From an uncultured virus (IMG/VR IMGVR_UViG_3300009079_000019) (lineage: Duplodnaviria; Heunggongvirae; Uroviricota; Caudoviricetes): a DNA stretch of 64,000 nt. The DNA is taken from the IMG/VR virus record IMGVR_UViG_3300009079_000019, positions 1 through 64,000 of that record; one strand, given 5' to 3'. The notes below the pieces were generated by a model, which worked only from the letters and a program-made list of their open reading frames with translations, made no database searches and was not told the DNA's origin. The position numbers were made by a program, and so were the translations under genes. This document shows, one piece after another, positions 21,746 to 33,882 of the stretch; positions within the stretch are counted from its first letter, which is position 1, and every line of letters starts with the position of its first letter.

Positions 21746-24700
21746 AAAGTTTTGGAAGTGCTCCGGTTTGTCTAATACCAACTCCTCTTCTTTGAATTGT
21801 TGCAAAAGTTGACAATCCAACATCTACAGTATTTCCAGTCACTCCTATTGAAATTGCAGAACTTGATCTATTAAATCCAGACATTCTACCCCAAGAGAAT
21901 TTACCTATGGGGTTTGATATACTTCCAGTAGATGCTAACCCAACCACAGATGTAGTTGATAGTATATTACAAGTAATAATTCCAGTAGTGCTAGTAGAAG
22001 AGATTTGATGAATATAGTAAATATTATCTACAAAGGTTGTTCCAATTCCAACCACTGCAGAGTTAGAACTGTTGATAGAAGTTACTCCTTTTCCAACTCT
22101 TGTATCAAAAATATAAATTGGATATCCAGTTTGCAATTGAGGAAATCCAACAGGTCCTTCTAAAGTAAACTTAAGTGCTAGGGGATTTCCACCACTACCT
22201 GTCGTGGTTCCAATTCCAATAATAGTTCCAGAGAATCCATTTACTAGAGAAATATTTGTAATATTTTCATATATTGGATCTGGAAGTGGAACAATAACTT
22301 CTGGTGGTCTCCCAACACTGTAACCCAATCCGGGATTTATAATTGTAATTGGAGTTGTTAGAGATCCTGCAGCAGAGACTGCAATAGTTGCGGTTGCAGT
22401 AGACCCAATACCAATACCACCCATAGGTAATGAAGTCAAAATGCCAACTGTTGATGGTGCAGCAATCTTAACAGTAACTGATGCTCCAGTGTATCCACTT
22501 CCAGGGTTACTAATTGATAGAGATTGAATTGTTCCCGCAATAGAAACTATTGCAGTTATTCCAGCAGATACTGGATCAGCAACTCCAGAAAAAATTAAAG
22601 CATCAAATTTTTCTGGTGCTGTCAAATCATAATTAAAGAATTCTGCATTATCTACAAATATTTCATCAGATGTAGTTGAAAAATCTTTGATAATTTTAGC
22701 AGTTGGATAAATTAAAGACTCAATAGAATCTCTAGTTTTATAAACATCTTCTCCGTTAATTTTCCTATCAACTTTTTGTTTAATCCAACTTAATGGTTTA
22801 TTATTTTCTGAATCAACTCCTTGATTTGAATATAAATTAGTCTCAAACTTATCAGAGAATGATAAATCAAATATTGTCCTCTTATCTTGTGTTATTGTTC
22901 CGGGAATTGAATTATTTTTAAGAACCTGTACAGTATCACCTCTTTTTAGAGTTTCATTAATCGTATCATTTACAATAACATCGTCACCATCAGTACCCTT
23001 ATAGAAGAAAATCGCAACATTATCCTCTGGTCTTGGAGCAGTTGTAAACACGAAACTAGTTCCACCATCAAATTCATAGGCAACTCCAGGATCTTGAATG
23101 ACTCCATTTATGACAATTAATAGAGCATTTGAAAGATTTATCTGAGAATCCTCAAGAGATTCAAAACTTAATAATTCATTATTATAGAATAATGGGAATC
23201 TTGTTCTAACTCCATCCTGATAATTTTTTACTGAATCTATATAATCAAACTCTCCAAACTGCCAAGCGGCAAAAGAATCTGAAAATGTATCAACTACTGT
23301 CAACTGGAACTCTGATAATGGAGATGCCAATCCTTTAGCAGTCACCAATCCAACTGGTTTAAATACATCCCCTCTTCGGAATGAGTAACCCTGTCTAGAA
23401 ATACTAAATCTAGAAACTTCAAAGTATGTTGATCCTATTCCAGTTGCAGAACTTGCTCCAACTTCAACATTGAGTAAAAGACCTATTCCAGTTCTTGTTG
23501 TTGCCCCAAGTCCCAATCTAGATACGCCAATTACACTTAAATTTTCATATGATGGTTCAGATACGAATACTTTAGGATTTGTGTATCCAGTTCCGCCACC
23601 AACGACAGTAAATGATAGAGTTCCACCCGCTCCAACCGATGCAGTTATGATTGCTGTATCTCCAATATGATCACTTTGATATACGGAAACTCCCACCGAA
23701 ACAACACCATTATATCCAGAACCAAGATTATCAGTAGTTCCTAGTCCAACAGATACTATACTGCCCCCAGCACCAACTACGGCAGTTACTGCTGCCCCTA
23801 CAAGAGGTGCATATCCAAGACCAATAGAAGAACCCAACGAAATAATTATCCCCCCTCTGGGGGTTTGATTTTGATTTACATCAAAATCTGAAGTAATAAT
23901 TGTACCAGTACCAGAAGATGTAATACCAGAGAATACTACGCTAGATATTCCAGAAACAGTATTTTCAATAATACTAAAATTATTTTGCGGATTATTAATA
24001 GTTGTTGGAGTTTGGAAAACACCGTTTATAAACAAAATTCCATTTCCTCCAGTGGTTCCTAGTCCTACAGTGTTTGCCCCACCAACAGTTAATGTGAAAG
24101 TTCTACCAATACCTGTAAATTGACTTGAAATATCATCATACAGTTGATTTGATGTGTAATCATTTCTCAAGAAAACTCTTCCCGTAAAATCAGAAGTTTC
24201 GAAAGTCAAATTACTAGAATCTCTTTCTATTTGTGGATTACCTCTTGGAGATTCGGCAAAGAAAATATTACTATCAACAATATTATAAGATCCTTTATAA
24301 ATTCTTACTGAAGTAGTGTCTGTATGAGTTGTTGCCGATGATCCGACAAATGCTCTAGTGACTTCAACTAAATTAACATTTCCACTATTTGTAATAGGTC
24401 CAACATTAGTAGTTCCCAATCCAACATTAATTATACCCATATATTCATTATCAATTTTTAGAATATCTTTTGGAATAATTGTAGATATTCCACTCAAGGC
24501 AAATATTGAAGAACCTGCACTTATTTGCCCACCATTACCAAGCAAATTATATGCTATTGGAGTAAATTGTAATGGGTATTGGGCAATATTGTCGATAGTA
24601 ATAAGTGATTTTTCAAGTTTTTTATCCATTTCAAGTTGGTGTGCATTACCACTACCGTATGAAGTAAATGTAACTCCAATTCCTAGTGTAGCATAATCCT

Positions 24701-27700
24701 TTCTTGTGGATAATTTAAATGTATTATCTGATAATTTTATAACATAAACATCAGATGGGAGTATTGTAGTTACAACACCTACAGAATTTAGAGTTGAACC
24801 AATTCCAACGGCACTGGCACCAACTCCAATAAATGTTGATTTTGGCGTATAGATAAGTTTTTCTAGATTACTAAAGAAATGATTTTGTATAGTGAATATT
24901 CCCGTTGATGGGTCTGGAGTTAATGGATTTATTGGATTAAATCTTTTTCTAAAAATTTCAATTCCATTGGAGTTTAGATTAAAATTAGTTTTATTAATTC
25001 TACTTCCATTAATTGCATTATATAATTTAATATCAATCGATTCTTCTACTGTTCCGTAACTTAAATTCGGAGCAGTATTTTGAATATCTAAAGTTGTATA
25101 GAAACATTGATTAAATGCTGAAATATTAACCTTTGAAGTTATTGTTGTGTCTGGATAGAATTTTAGTATAAAATTACTACCAGAATATTCTCCACCAAAA
25201 GTTCCAATTCCATTTGTGCTTCCAACAGAAAGAAATGGTGACTGTTGAACATAAATGTCAGTTTCGTCCTGTATTAACATAATTTGATGAAGAGCACTTG
25301 TTGATCCAACACTGACTTCCACCAAAGATTTAACTGCATTAAAATTAGATTTATCCAATGATATGACAGTTGATGCGGAAGAAACTGTGGATGAATAAGT
25401 TGATTGATATACTGCACTTCTTTCATTTCCTGGTATTTGACCTGGAGATATAAATCTATATGCACCAGTTCCTACAGATGTTGTTCCAAACCCAACAACT
25501 TTTGACCTGACATTTACTGGATTTGATGAATTATTAATATAATTTAATGATAAAATTCCAGAAGGAGAAATACTTGCCGTGAATATTCCTATATTATTAC
25601 CGGAATAATAATTGCTGGAAAATTCAGAATCAAAATAATATTCTGAGATATAAGTATCATCGATGATAGTACTAAAATTGACGACAGTGCCAACACCAAT
25701 TATGCTTGATGATGTAGATGCAGTGCCGATTTGAACAAATGTAGATCCAATGGCAACAATTGGTCTGTTAGTAATTGCGGCGCCAACCACACTTACAGAA
25801 CTTACACCAACTATAAGTCCAGTTGTATCAGCAACAAAAATTACAGTTGATCCAATTCCAACAGTTGAATTAATTGTTGTAGATAATAAGTTTACATATT
25901 CTTTATGATTCAAATAAACTTCAGCAAAGTTCATTTGAGTTGTTGCTGAACCAACAATCTGGACATTTAAATACAATGAAGAAAACTTATTAGATTCTAC
26001 GGATACAAGTGAAGTTTGTATTCCAGATGCCGCAGTTCTATTTGAACCGGTTAAATTGATGAATCCTACAGAAGTTGTCCCAATTCCTACTAAAGGAGAA
26101 TTAAAATTACTATTAATTAGTTTAACATCATAATCAATATCGAATGGATTATTTGGAATAAATCTTAAGTAAGTATTATCATCCACATCGTCTTCAATTA
26201 ATATAAATTTTCCTATTGGTTCTCCGGAGATATGTGTAAGTCCTACTCCAGTATTGACTAGAGTTGATTTTTCTGCCAAAAATGGATTACTTCCATTATT
26301 CAATAAAACTAATTCCGTTAATTGAATTTCTGTATTATCAAGACTGGAAACCCGGACTAGTATATTGTTATAAGATACTCCAGAATTTAATTGTAGTAAA
26401 TTGAGAAATTCACTTGGATTTCCATCGGAGTCGGAAAATTGTCGATTTATGTCATCTATTTTTAAAACTACATTACTTCTACACTCAATGTAATCAGTTA
26501 ATTTTTTATTTTTTAATTTTAAGAACTTTGAAGAAGTCCCAACTACATCAATATCTTTTACTAAATCAAAATCATAAATTGTATCTACTCGGTTTTCTTC
26601 TATTATGTCATAAATTATAGATGTAGCATTCTCAGAATTTATAGCACCAAAGTTTGTAGTTGATGTGATTCCAGTATCTGCAAAATTCTTCAATCCACTA
26701 GTATGGACTAAACTATTAACTGGTGTTCTTAATTCTTGATATGTAATTGGACTCTTTACCGTGTAGGAAAGATTCTGATAATAATCATTATTCGGAATAA
26801 CTTGATTATCTTGATCTAATTTACCAATATCATTAGACCATCCAATGTTTTTTTCAACTGAATAGTCAATCTTAAATCTACCGATACCAGATTCAATTTT
26901 ATCTATTGTTGCTATATTTCCAGATTCTTTTCCTATAATAATTTCTCCAACAGACAACTCATAGGTTCCGGATACTTTAATAAATGAATTTTCATATGAA
27001 GAAATTTCTAAGTCTCTCTCAGTATCATTTGAAATAAGTTTTTCTCCAACAATAAATTGAGATGGAATTTGAGTAACAGTAAATGATGGATAGTCGGTTC
27101 TTTTTATGATATTTCCAACAGAATCCTGAATTGTTTTTGCTATACCAGTATTTGTAGTTAATCCAGAAATATTGATTGTTACTGAATCGAGAACTCCAGC
27201 AGTATTAATACTCTGAATCTTGAAGAATTTGTATCCATAGTCTTCAGAATTAAATCCAGTCCCTTCGGTACTAAATTTTTGAATTCCTTCCACAAATACT
27301 TGATCATTAGCACTAAAAGGATATGGTACAAAGGTAGAAAATCCTAAAGTTGGTGTTGTTATGAAGCAAGTAAATATTCCACTTGAAGAAGATTGAACTT
27401 GTTGAATACTAATTCCATTAGTGTTATTGGTGGTGAATAATTGTACCGTTGTTTCTGGAAGACCATTTGGTTGCTGTATAATACTTATAGAATCAATAGA
27501 ATTTCCTGATAGTTTTGCTTCCAATATTCCACTATCAATTTTTTCTCCAGTGCTAGAATTCACAATTATTACAGATGGGGAATCAGTATATCCATTTCCG
27601 CCATTATTAACTGTAACAATACCAATTGTATTTGAGTCTTTAATTGTGATTAGAGGAGATATGAATGCAACTGGTTGTAAAGTTTTATCTGAAGAATATT

Positions 27701-30700
27701 GAAATCCTTCATTGACAATTCTTACTTCTTTTGCATTGCCTATAGATGTCGATTTTGGAGTAATGTAAGCATCCTTTCCGTTCGCAGAATTAGATCCTAC
27801 AAATGTTGGAAGTTTTTTATATCCAGAACCACCAGAAATAATATCAATTCTATCAATAGGACCTTTTGCCGATAATGAAGTAGTAGTATATTGTAATTTA
27901 TCACACTCATTTTGAATATATGTTAATTTTTCTGGTTTTTTAGATAAAGAAACATTAAATGTAGTTGCTCCTACACCAGAAATTATATAATTAGAACGAT
28001 ATACGCTATTCGCAAATAATATTTCGGAATAATTATTTACTTCTGTATCTGAAGTGCTAATGTACCCAGATTTTTCTAAATTGTAATATAACTTTGTTGG
28101 TAAACTTTCACTATAATTAATTGCCAGAGAGGCATTAGTGGAAACTCCTATAGTTCCAATGTCAGATAGTGTAAACAAATTAGAAGATGGAGTTGAAATA
28201 AATTCATTATTATAATCTTGATCGTAGTAAAGTTTAAATTTATATCCCGCTAAAGAATTATCTGATAAATTAAATATAAGGTTATTATTTTTAATTGATT
28301 CAATTTGGGGATTTATTAATGAAATACTTTGACTTGAACCACCAGTTCCGGCAATACTTACTGTTGTTGGGGGAATGGTTTTAGAGTCTAGATATGTTTC
28401 AGAAAGTTTTATTGTGTTATCATTAACTCGGTAAACATAATAAAATCCAGTTGATAATCCAGATGCAACTAAATTAGATGAATATAGAATTTTATCTCCA
28501 GTTTTTAAGTTATGCGAATTAATTGAAATGCTATTTGTTGATGTGTTAATTCCGGTTGAAGTAAATCCAATTGGATTGATTAAAATGTTTCCAGTTATTA
28601 AATCTCTTTTTACTCTAATGCCAGTAGAAGTTCCAATACCAACAGAAAGATTTGGTTCTATACTTAAACTAATAACATCTCCGCTAGAAAGTTCGTGAGA
28701 AGTTGATACTGAAACTGTAGATTTAACTCTTTCAACCTTTCCAACTATTTGTGGGTATGTACTTTCAAATGAATACTTATCATTATCACTACCGTTAGTA
28801 ATGAAGAATACTTCGGAAGAATTGAGAGTAGTTTTTATTCCAATTGTATTTTTATTTTTATTAGTTACATATACATTTTGAGGTAAATCAAATGTACCTG
28901 TACTTAGTGAAGTTGAAATTGATATTACACCATTACCATTGCTCGCAAATATTACCTGCTGATTATTTTTAAATGGGTGATTTTCAATATAAATTCCTTG
29001 AGTTGGAACAGTTCTGGTAATATTAGAATCTCCAAATTGAAATGTTATTTTATTTGTAATTCCAGGTGTAGTACCAATTCCTACTGATTGTTTTGGATTG
29101 AAAAATACTTTGTCATTTACATTAGATTCAAAATAATCTATTTTTTGTGAAATAATGAATGAATCTGGAATAAAGTTTATTTGAGTAGTTGCAGTGTGAG
29201 ATACTCCGGTAGATCCTCTTTCTACTTTAAGTATATTAAGGTTTTTATATACTTCCAATACTGATAGTCTTTCACTACCTATTGCGATGCTACTTCCTAT
29301 AGATACGGTTTCTGGAAGTTGTGTAATATAAATTTCAGTTGTCAATCCTGATGTTGATGTTGATGGAATGTCCTTAAGAACATTTGAATAATACGAAGAT
29401 ACTCCAATCTTATATGAATTATTTAACTTTGATAAGTTGGTTGAAAATCCTGAAACCATAACAAAATCATTATTGGACAAATTGTGATATGGTTTAATTG
29501 TAACTTTTACTTCCCCTCCAGCATTATATGTAAAAATAGAATTTTCATAAGTTTCTATAGAAGTATCTATTTTTGTAATATCTTTTCCTTCTATTGAAGA
29601 TACTCTTGCAATCAATCCACCTCCAGAAGTGCCACTATCGTTGAAATTTAAAATATCATTAACTTTATAATCAGATCCAGAATTAATAATATCAAAAGAA
29701 CTTACAAATCCTTCAGATACCGACTCAACAATCGACTCTTGTGATGTAATTTCATTAGTCTCTACTATAAAATCATTTTTTGCATAATTATCGGATACTT
29801 TATACGGTAAGGTATTTCTAAGTAAATTTGAGTTGTTAAAATCAAATGTTTGGTTTAAAGTATAGTTTTCATTTATGGTATTAGATCTATATTTGTTTCC
29901 TATAAAATATGGGAATTGTGAAGTGAAAGAGGTTGGGTTAATAGTTGCAAAATATGCATAAACTCCATTTGGAAATTCTGGTGTTTTTCCAAATCTTCCA
30001 TTATTTTCATCCAAATCTCCAGAATTTGTGTATTTGTAATCTTCAACAAAGAACCCTAACGGCAATTCTGGTCTATCAATAATGTTAGAAGAACTTAATG
30101 TATATCCAGAAGTTAAAATTTTAGGAGTAGAATTGGTATCCTCCGGATTAGAATATCCATATGCTCCATATATTGGATTTCCATCATATGCCCACCCAAT
30201 TATATTAGAAACCTGAGATCCACTATCACCAAATGAAGTTCTTAAGTTTTCAAAATATCCACAAACAGAATACTGCAATTGATTTTCAGTTTCTATTAAA
30301 ATTTCATCACCAAACTTTAAGTTATTATTAACTGTTAAATCTCTAATATTGGCACTTAAAATTGCATTAGAACCTGAAGGATTTACTTTAATTATTGTTG
30401 AGGTGCTTGAGTATCCAATTCCCGGATTTACTATCTTAATATCTGTTATTTTTTGGTTAGTAATGACTGGTCTTAAATCTGCTCCGGATCCGGCACCGGT
30501 TAAATCTGTTACAACCAAATCAGGAGTTGAATAATAATCAACCCCACCATATTGAATATTTACGGAATTAATTTGACCATTTACAATAATTGGTTTTAAT
30601 TTTGCCTCCTTTCCGGTTTTTATCGTTATTAATGGTCTTCTCTCAAGATTTACAATTGTCGATCCATATCCAGTTCCACTTTCATATAGATAAGCATCTA

Positions 30701-33700
30701 TAATATTACCTTTAACAATAGGAGTTGCTACAAGAGATTGAATCTGTTGACTTGTGGTTCCAAATCCAACAGGAGTATATTGTATAGAAACAGAAATATT
30801 AGGATAACTAAAATATTGATATCCCGATCCAGTAGAAGAAAATTTAATATAATTTTTTCTATTATAATTTGATATGTCAGTTCCACCAATTCCAGCATCA
30901 CAAAGTCTAAAAGAATCATCATTATTTTTCAATACATGATATTGAGATAATGTAGAAATTCCAATTGTAGATGTTTCATATTGATAAGTTACAAGTTCTC
31001 CACTCTTAAATCCATGATTTTCGAAACTAATCGTGTAGTTTATTGTGGATATTCCTGTTGAAGAAACAATTAACTCTCTATTTGTATATCCATTCCCACC
31101 ATTTAATATTTTAATCTCTGATATGGTATTTTTAAATGATGCAGTAGAAAACTTATGTATTCCTCCGGCACTAATTCCATTAAATTTGATAGTATTAATT
31201 CCCGACTGATAATCAGAATTGGACTGATAAAGTCTGATAGTTCTGTTATTATCAACTTTAGAATAATATGTGGCATTATTTACTAAAGTTAAATTTGTAG
31301 TACCAATACCAATTGAAGAATTTCCATTAGAATTGTAAACTACTAATTCCCCATTGCTTAAATTGTGATTCGTTAAAAATGACAATTGATTTGTCGTTGA
31401 ACTAATTCCCCCAGAATTTGTGGTCAATCTTCCATCGAAGAAAATATCTCTTCTTCTCTTCGTAAGAATGGGTTCTAATACGCAACCAGACCCATTACCA
31501 CCAGTTACACCAATAGATACAATTGTATTGATATCATAGTCTTGAGAATCGATGTAAACTTTTTTAATTGACCCACCAACTACTGGTCTAACTAATGCTG
31601 TAGATCCAATTCCAGAAGAAACGGATATTGATGGGGGATTAATAACATCATAGTCTATTCCACCATTTAATACACTAATAGATTTTAAAGGACCATAGTA
31701 TACTTTATCATTAGATTTATAACTATTAACTTCAACACCATTAATTAACATTCCGACTGAACCTGGAATTGTTAATTCTCCAGTTCCAGTATCGATACTT
31801 TCAGATAATGGAAATTTTTTGAGTAATTTTTGAGCACCAATTATACCAGATTTCTGAGAATATAATGTAAATCTATGAGTTTGATTGGCAAAATTTGAAT
31901 TTGAAAATGTTAAGAAATTATCAGTTCCAACAAATGATAATGATGAATATAATCTTATTTTATTAGATGGATCTAGAACTTGTACATAATAATCTCCAGT
32001 ATCTAATCCAACAATAGGTGTTCCTGATGGTTGATAGTAAATTCTATCGCCAGTGATAAATGGAACTGGATTTTGAAATACTATACTTGTGTAGTTGTTA
32101 TCTATTACATCAGCAGTTCCTATTCCAACTGATGTTTTAATATCTTTTGTTATTTTATATGTAAAATTTCCATCATATCCATCTCTACCCGATGGTAATG
32201 AGTTAGAAGCTACATAGGCATACTCATCATCAGTATATAAATTTTGAATATCTGATAAAATAACATTATTTCCAAATTCTATTGGAACTACTGTACTGTT
32301 TGCGGTATTAATTTTTCTTCTTAAATCATACTTCACTCCATTTTCTGCCGTGAAGTTTAAATTATATATAATAACTCTATTTTGTGAAGATATAATATCC
32401 GAAATATATGCACCAGAAGATGAAACTACAACATTACTATTTTTTTCTAAAATTTCTACTTCATCTCCAATTTTTAAACTAGACCTGTCAATTGGACTTT
32501 TTAAAGTAAAATTACTGATATTTTCTATTTCATATCTAGATCCAGTATTGTATATCCACGAATTTGCAAATATTTCTTTATATGTCTTATTCTGCTGCGG
32601 ATTTTGAATCAAATCCCCAATATTTTTAACTGATATTTTTTGCCCTTCATCCAAATTTAAAGTATCTGATACTTGAACAAATTTAGATAATACTCCCGTA
32701 AGTCTTAACTCAACTTTTTTATCCAAATCTCCATTTTCATATCCAAAATAAATTTCATCAGATCTTATATCGGCAGATGATAAAATTGAAGATGTAATTC
32801 CAGTACATCCAAAAAACTGATTAATACTCTTACTTGTATAAGTGATAGTATTAATTCCAGATATGATGGTTCCAATTCCAGCAAATCCTATTGTAGAGTC
32901 TACTGAAATTACTGACGACCCGATGGCAACATTTTTTAGACTTTTTGTATTTGGAGTAATTGTAAAATTTCCAAGAACAGCGGAAAAATTTTCATATCCA
33001 ACAAAAAGTGAAATCTTAAAATATTGTATATTATTTCTGGTAAATAGTTCTACTTCAGAAATTGAGGCACTAGTGCTCTCATCATTAAATTTCTGAATTG
33101 TTTGACCTACCAATTTAGAAGGATCTCCAGAAATTCTTTCTGCAATTACAATTTCTCTTCTTATAAATTCTGCCGAAGATGGTTTAATTAAAAACTCCTC
33201 TAAATTTACTACCAGAGGAGTTACTCCATATAAAATATTAAATAAAATTCTAAATGATTCGTCAGTCCCCTTTGCCTGATAAAATGATCTTGCTTCCTTT
33301 ATAAAATTACCAACATTTAAATTTGATACAAAATCAACTTCTTCCAGACCTGGAGTAAAAGTGTATTTTATTTTTTTATAAAACTCTTTTAAGAATAAAG
33401 AACTTAGATTTTGTACGGATGATCCAGCACTATGAAATGTAGATATCGATTCTGAAAATACTAATTCTTCTTGATTTGAATTTGAATGATAATTAGTAAT
33501 GCCACTAAACCCACGAACACATCCTGTAAATGTATTTGTGGTTATTCCGGTATATGTAATAATTTCATCATCAATCTTCAATAAACCATAAGTTTGAGGA
33601 AAACCTTTAGTACTACTTACTGTAATAATATTTGATGTTGTTGTGATTCCTATTGTAAGTATCGTACTATCAACTACAACTTCTGGAGTTAGATTATCTA

Positions 33701-33881
33701 ATTTCAAATATTGATCTAAATTTTCTGCAATATCAACTACACCACCTTGATATTCTTGAGAAATATAATATTGCTTTAAAAATTCTGCCGTATTTGGACT
33801 TTCATCCAAAATAAAGTTTGGAAGTTGATTTTCAATAACTTGCTGAACCTTAACTCTAGATTCGAACCCAGTCTGTATCAT
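21741..33881 (-). CDS. gp7: Baseplate wedge initiator, 4046 aa
   Basis: FYQAKGT..SF.ILF, YYQNLSY and LVHTSG motifs; sits between gp6 and gp8. Confidence 0.85.
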   Translation of the reverse strand: MIQTGFESRVKVQQVIENQLPNFILDESPNTAEFLKQYYISQEYQGGVVDIAENLDQYLKLDNLTPEVVVDSTILTIGITTTSNIITVSSTKGFPQTYGLLKIDDEIITYTGITTNTFTGCVRGFSGITNYHSNSNQEELVFSESISTFHSAGSSVQNLSSLFLKEFYKKIKYTFTPGLEEVDFVSNLNVGNFIKEARSFYQAKGTDESFRILFNILYGVTPLVVNLEEFLIKPSSAEFIRREIVIAERISGDPSKLVGQTIQKFNDESTSASISEVELFTRNNIQYFKISLFVGYENFSAVLGNFTITPNTKSLKNVAIGSSVISVDSTIGFAGIGTIISGINTITYTSKSINQFFGCTGITSSILSSADIRSDEIYFGYENGDLDKKVELRLTGVLSKFVQVSDTLNLDEGQKISVKNIGDLIQNPQQNKTYKEIFANSWIYNTGSRYEIENISNFTLKSPIDRSSLKIGDEVEILEKNSNVVVSSSGAYISDIISSQNRVIIYNLNFTAENGVKYDLRRKINTANSTVVPIEFGNNVILSDIQNLYTDDEYAYVASNSLPSGRDGYDGNFTYKITKDIKTSVGIGTADVIDNNYTSIVFQNPVPFITGDRIYYQPSGTPIVGLDTGDYYVQVLDPSNKIRLYSSLSFVGTDNFLTFSNSNFANQTHRFTLYSQKSGIIGAQKLLKKFPLSESIDTGTGELTIPGSVGMLINGVEVNSYKSNDKVYYGPLKSISVLNGGIDYDVINPPSISVSSGIGSTALVRPVVGGSIKKVYIDSQDYDINTIVSIGVTGGNGSGCVLEPILTKRRRDIFFDGRLTTNSGGISSTTNQLSFLTNHNLSNGELVVYNSNGNSSIGIGTTNLTLVNNATYYSKVDNNRTIRLYQSNSDYQSGINTIKFNGISAGGIHKFSTASFKNTISEIKILNGGNGYTNRELIVSSTGISTINYTISFENHGFKSGELVTYQYETSTIGISTLSQYHVLKNNDDSFRLCDAGIGGTDISNYNRKNYIKFSSTGSGYQYFSYPNISVSIQYTPVGFGTTSQQIQSLVATPIVKGNIIDAYLYESGTGYGSTIVNLERRPLITIKTGKEAKLKPIIVNGQINSVNIQYGGVDYYSTPDLVVTDLTGAGSGADLRPVITNQKITDIKIVNPGIGYSSTSTIIKVNPSGSNAILSANIRDLTVNNNLKFGDEILIETENQLQYSVCGYFENLRTSFGDSGSQVSNIIGWAYDGNPIYGAYGYSNPEDTNSTPKILTSGYTLSSSNIIDRPELPLGFFVEDYKYTNSGDLDENNGRFGKTPEFPNGVYAYFATINPTSFTSQFPYFIGNKYRSNTINENYTLNQTFDFNNSNLLRNTLPYKVSDNYAKNDFIVETNEITSQESIVESVSEGFVSSFDIINSGSDYKVNDILNFNDSGTSGGGLIARVSSIEGKDITKIDTSIETYENSIFTYNAGGEVKVTIKPYHNLSNNDFVMVSGFSTNLSKLNNSYKIGVSSYYSNVLKDIPSTSTSGLTTEIYITQLPETVSIGSSIAIGSERLSVLEVYKNLNILKVERGSTGVSHTATTQINFIPDSFIISQKIDYFESNVNDKVFFNPKQSVGIGTTPGITNKITFQFGDSNITRTVPTQGIYIENHPFKNNQQVIFASNGNGVISISTSLSTGTFDLPQNVYVTNKNKNTIGIKTTLNSSEVFFITNGSDNDKYSFESTYPQIVGKVERVKSTVSVSTSHELSSGDVISLSIEPNLSVGIGTSTGIRVKRDLITGNILINPIGFTSTGINTSTNSISINSHNLKTGDKILYSSNLVASGLSTGFYYVYRVNDNTIKLSETYLDSKTIPPTTVSIAGTGGSSQSISLINPQIESIKNNNLIFNLSDNSLAGYKFKLYYDQDYNNEFISTPSSNLFTLSDIGTIGVSTNASLAINYSESLPTKLYYNLEKSGYISTSDTEVNNYSEILFANSVYRSNYIISGVGATTFNVSLSKKPEKLTYIQNECDKLQYTTTSLSAKGPIDRIDIISGGSGYKKLPTFVGSNSANGKDAYITPKSTSIGNAKEVRIVNEGFQYSSDKTLQPVAFISPLITIKDSNTIGIVTVNNGGNGYTDSPSVIIVNSSTGEKIDSGILEAKLSGNSIDSISIIQQPNGLPETTVQLFTTNNTNGISIQQVQSSSSGIFTCFITTPTLGFSTFVPYPFSANDQVFVEGIQKFSTEGTGFNSEDYGYKFFKIQSINTAGVLDSVTINISGLTTNTGIAKTIQDSVGNIIKRTDYPSFTVTQIPSQFIVGEKLISNDTERDLEISSYENSFIKVSGTYELSVGEIIIGKESGNIATIDKIESGIGRFKIDYSVEKNIGWSNDIGKLDQDNQVIPNNDYYQNLSYTVKSPITYQELRTPVNSLVHTSGLKNFADTGITSTTNFGAINSENATSIIYDIIEENRVDTIYDFDLVKDIDVVGTSSKFLKLKNKKLTDYIECRSNVVLKIDDINRQFSDSDGNPSEFLNLLQLNSGVSYNNILVRVSSLDNTEIQLTELVLLNNGSNPFLAEKSTLVNTGVGLTHISGEPIGKFILIEDDVDDNTYLRFIPNNPFDIDYDVKLINSNFNSPLVGIGTTSVGFINLTGSNRTAASGIQTSLVSVESNKFSSLYLNVQIVGSATTQMNFAEVYLNHKEYVNLLSTTINSTVGIGSTVIFVADTTGLIVGVSSVSVVGAAITNRPIVAIGSTFVQIGTASTSSSIIGVGTVVNFSTIIDDTYISEYYFDSEFSSNYYSGNNIGIFTASISPSGILSLNYINNSSNPVNVRSKVVGFGTTSVGTGAYRFISPGQIPGNERSAVYQSTYSSTVSSASTVISLDKSNFNAVKSLVEVSVGSTSALHQIMLIQDETDIYVQQSPFLSVGSTNGIGTFGGEYSGSNFILKFYPDTTITSKVNISAFNQCFYTTLDIQNTAPNLSYGTVEESIDIKLYNAINGSRINKTNFNLNSNGIEIFRKRFNPINPLTPDPSTGIFTIQNHFFSNLEKLIYTPKSTFIGVGASAVGIGSTLNSVGVVTTILPSDVYVIKLSDNTFKLSTRKDYATLGIGVTFTSYGSGNAHQLEMDKKLEKSLITIDNIAQYPLQFTPIAYNLLGNGGQISAGSSIFALSGISTIIPKDILKIDNEYMGIINVGLGTTNVGPITNSGNVNLVEVTRAFVGSSATTHTDTTSVRIYKGSYNIVDSNIFFAESPRGNPQIERDSSNLTFETSDFTGRVFLRNDYTSNQLYDDISSQFTGIGRTFTLTVGGANTVGLGTTGGNGILFINGVFQTPTTINNPQNNFSIIENTVSGISSVVFSGITSSGTGTIITSDFDVNQNQTPRGGIIISLGSSIGLGYAPLVGAAVTAVVGAGGSIVSVGLGTTDNLGSGYNGVVSVGVSVYQSDHIGDTAIITASVGAGGTLSFTVVGGGTGYTNPKVFVSEPSYENLSVIGVSRLGLGATTRTGIGLLLNVEVGASSATGIGSTYFEVSRFSISRQGYSFRRGDVFKPVGLVTAKGLASPLSEFQLTVVDTFSDSFAAWQFGEFDYIDSVKNYQDGVRTRFPLFYNNELLSFESLEDSQINLSNALLIVINGVIQDPGVAYEFDGGTSFVFTTAPRPEDNVAIFFYKGTDGDDVIVNDTINETLKRGDTVQVLKNNSIPGTITQDKRTIFDLSFSDKFETNLYSNQGVDSENNKPLSWIKQKVDRKINGEDVYKTRDSIESLIYPTAKIIKDFSTTSDEIFVDNAEFFNYDLTAPEKFDALIFSGVADPVSAGITAIVSIAGTIQSLSISNPGSGYTGASVTVKIAAPSTVGILTSLPMGGIGIGSTATATIAVSAAGSLTTPITIINPGLGYSVGRPPEVIVPLPDPIYENITNISLVNGFSGTIIGIGTTTGSGGNPLALKFTLEGPVGFPQLQTGYPIYIFDTRVGKGVTSINSSNSAVVGIGTTFVDNIYYIHQISSTSTTGIITCNILSTTSVVGLASTGSISNPIGKFSWGRMSGFNRSSSAISIGVTGNTVDVGLSTFATIQRRGVGIRQTGALPKLL

Positions 33882-33882
33882 A

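Noticed and set aside
21722..21823. N-terminal extension of gp8 (and similar extensions such as MIHTKQP)
   Set aside because: They overlap the upstream gene or promoter; downstream ATGs fit better
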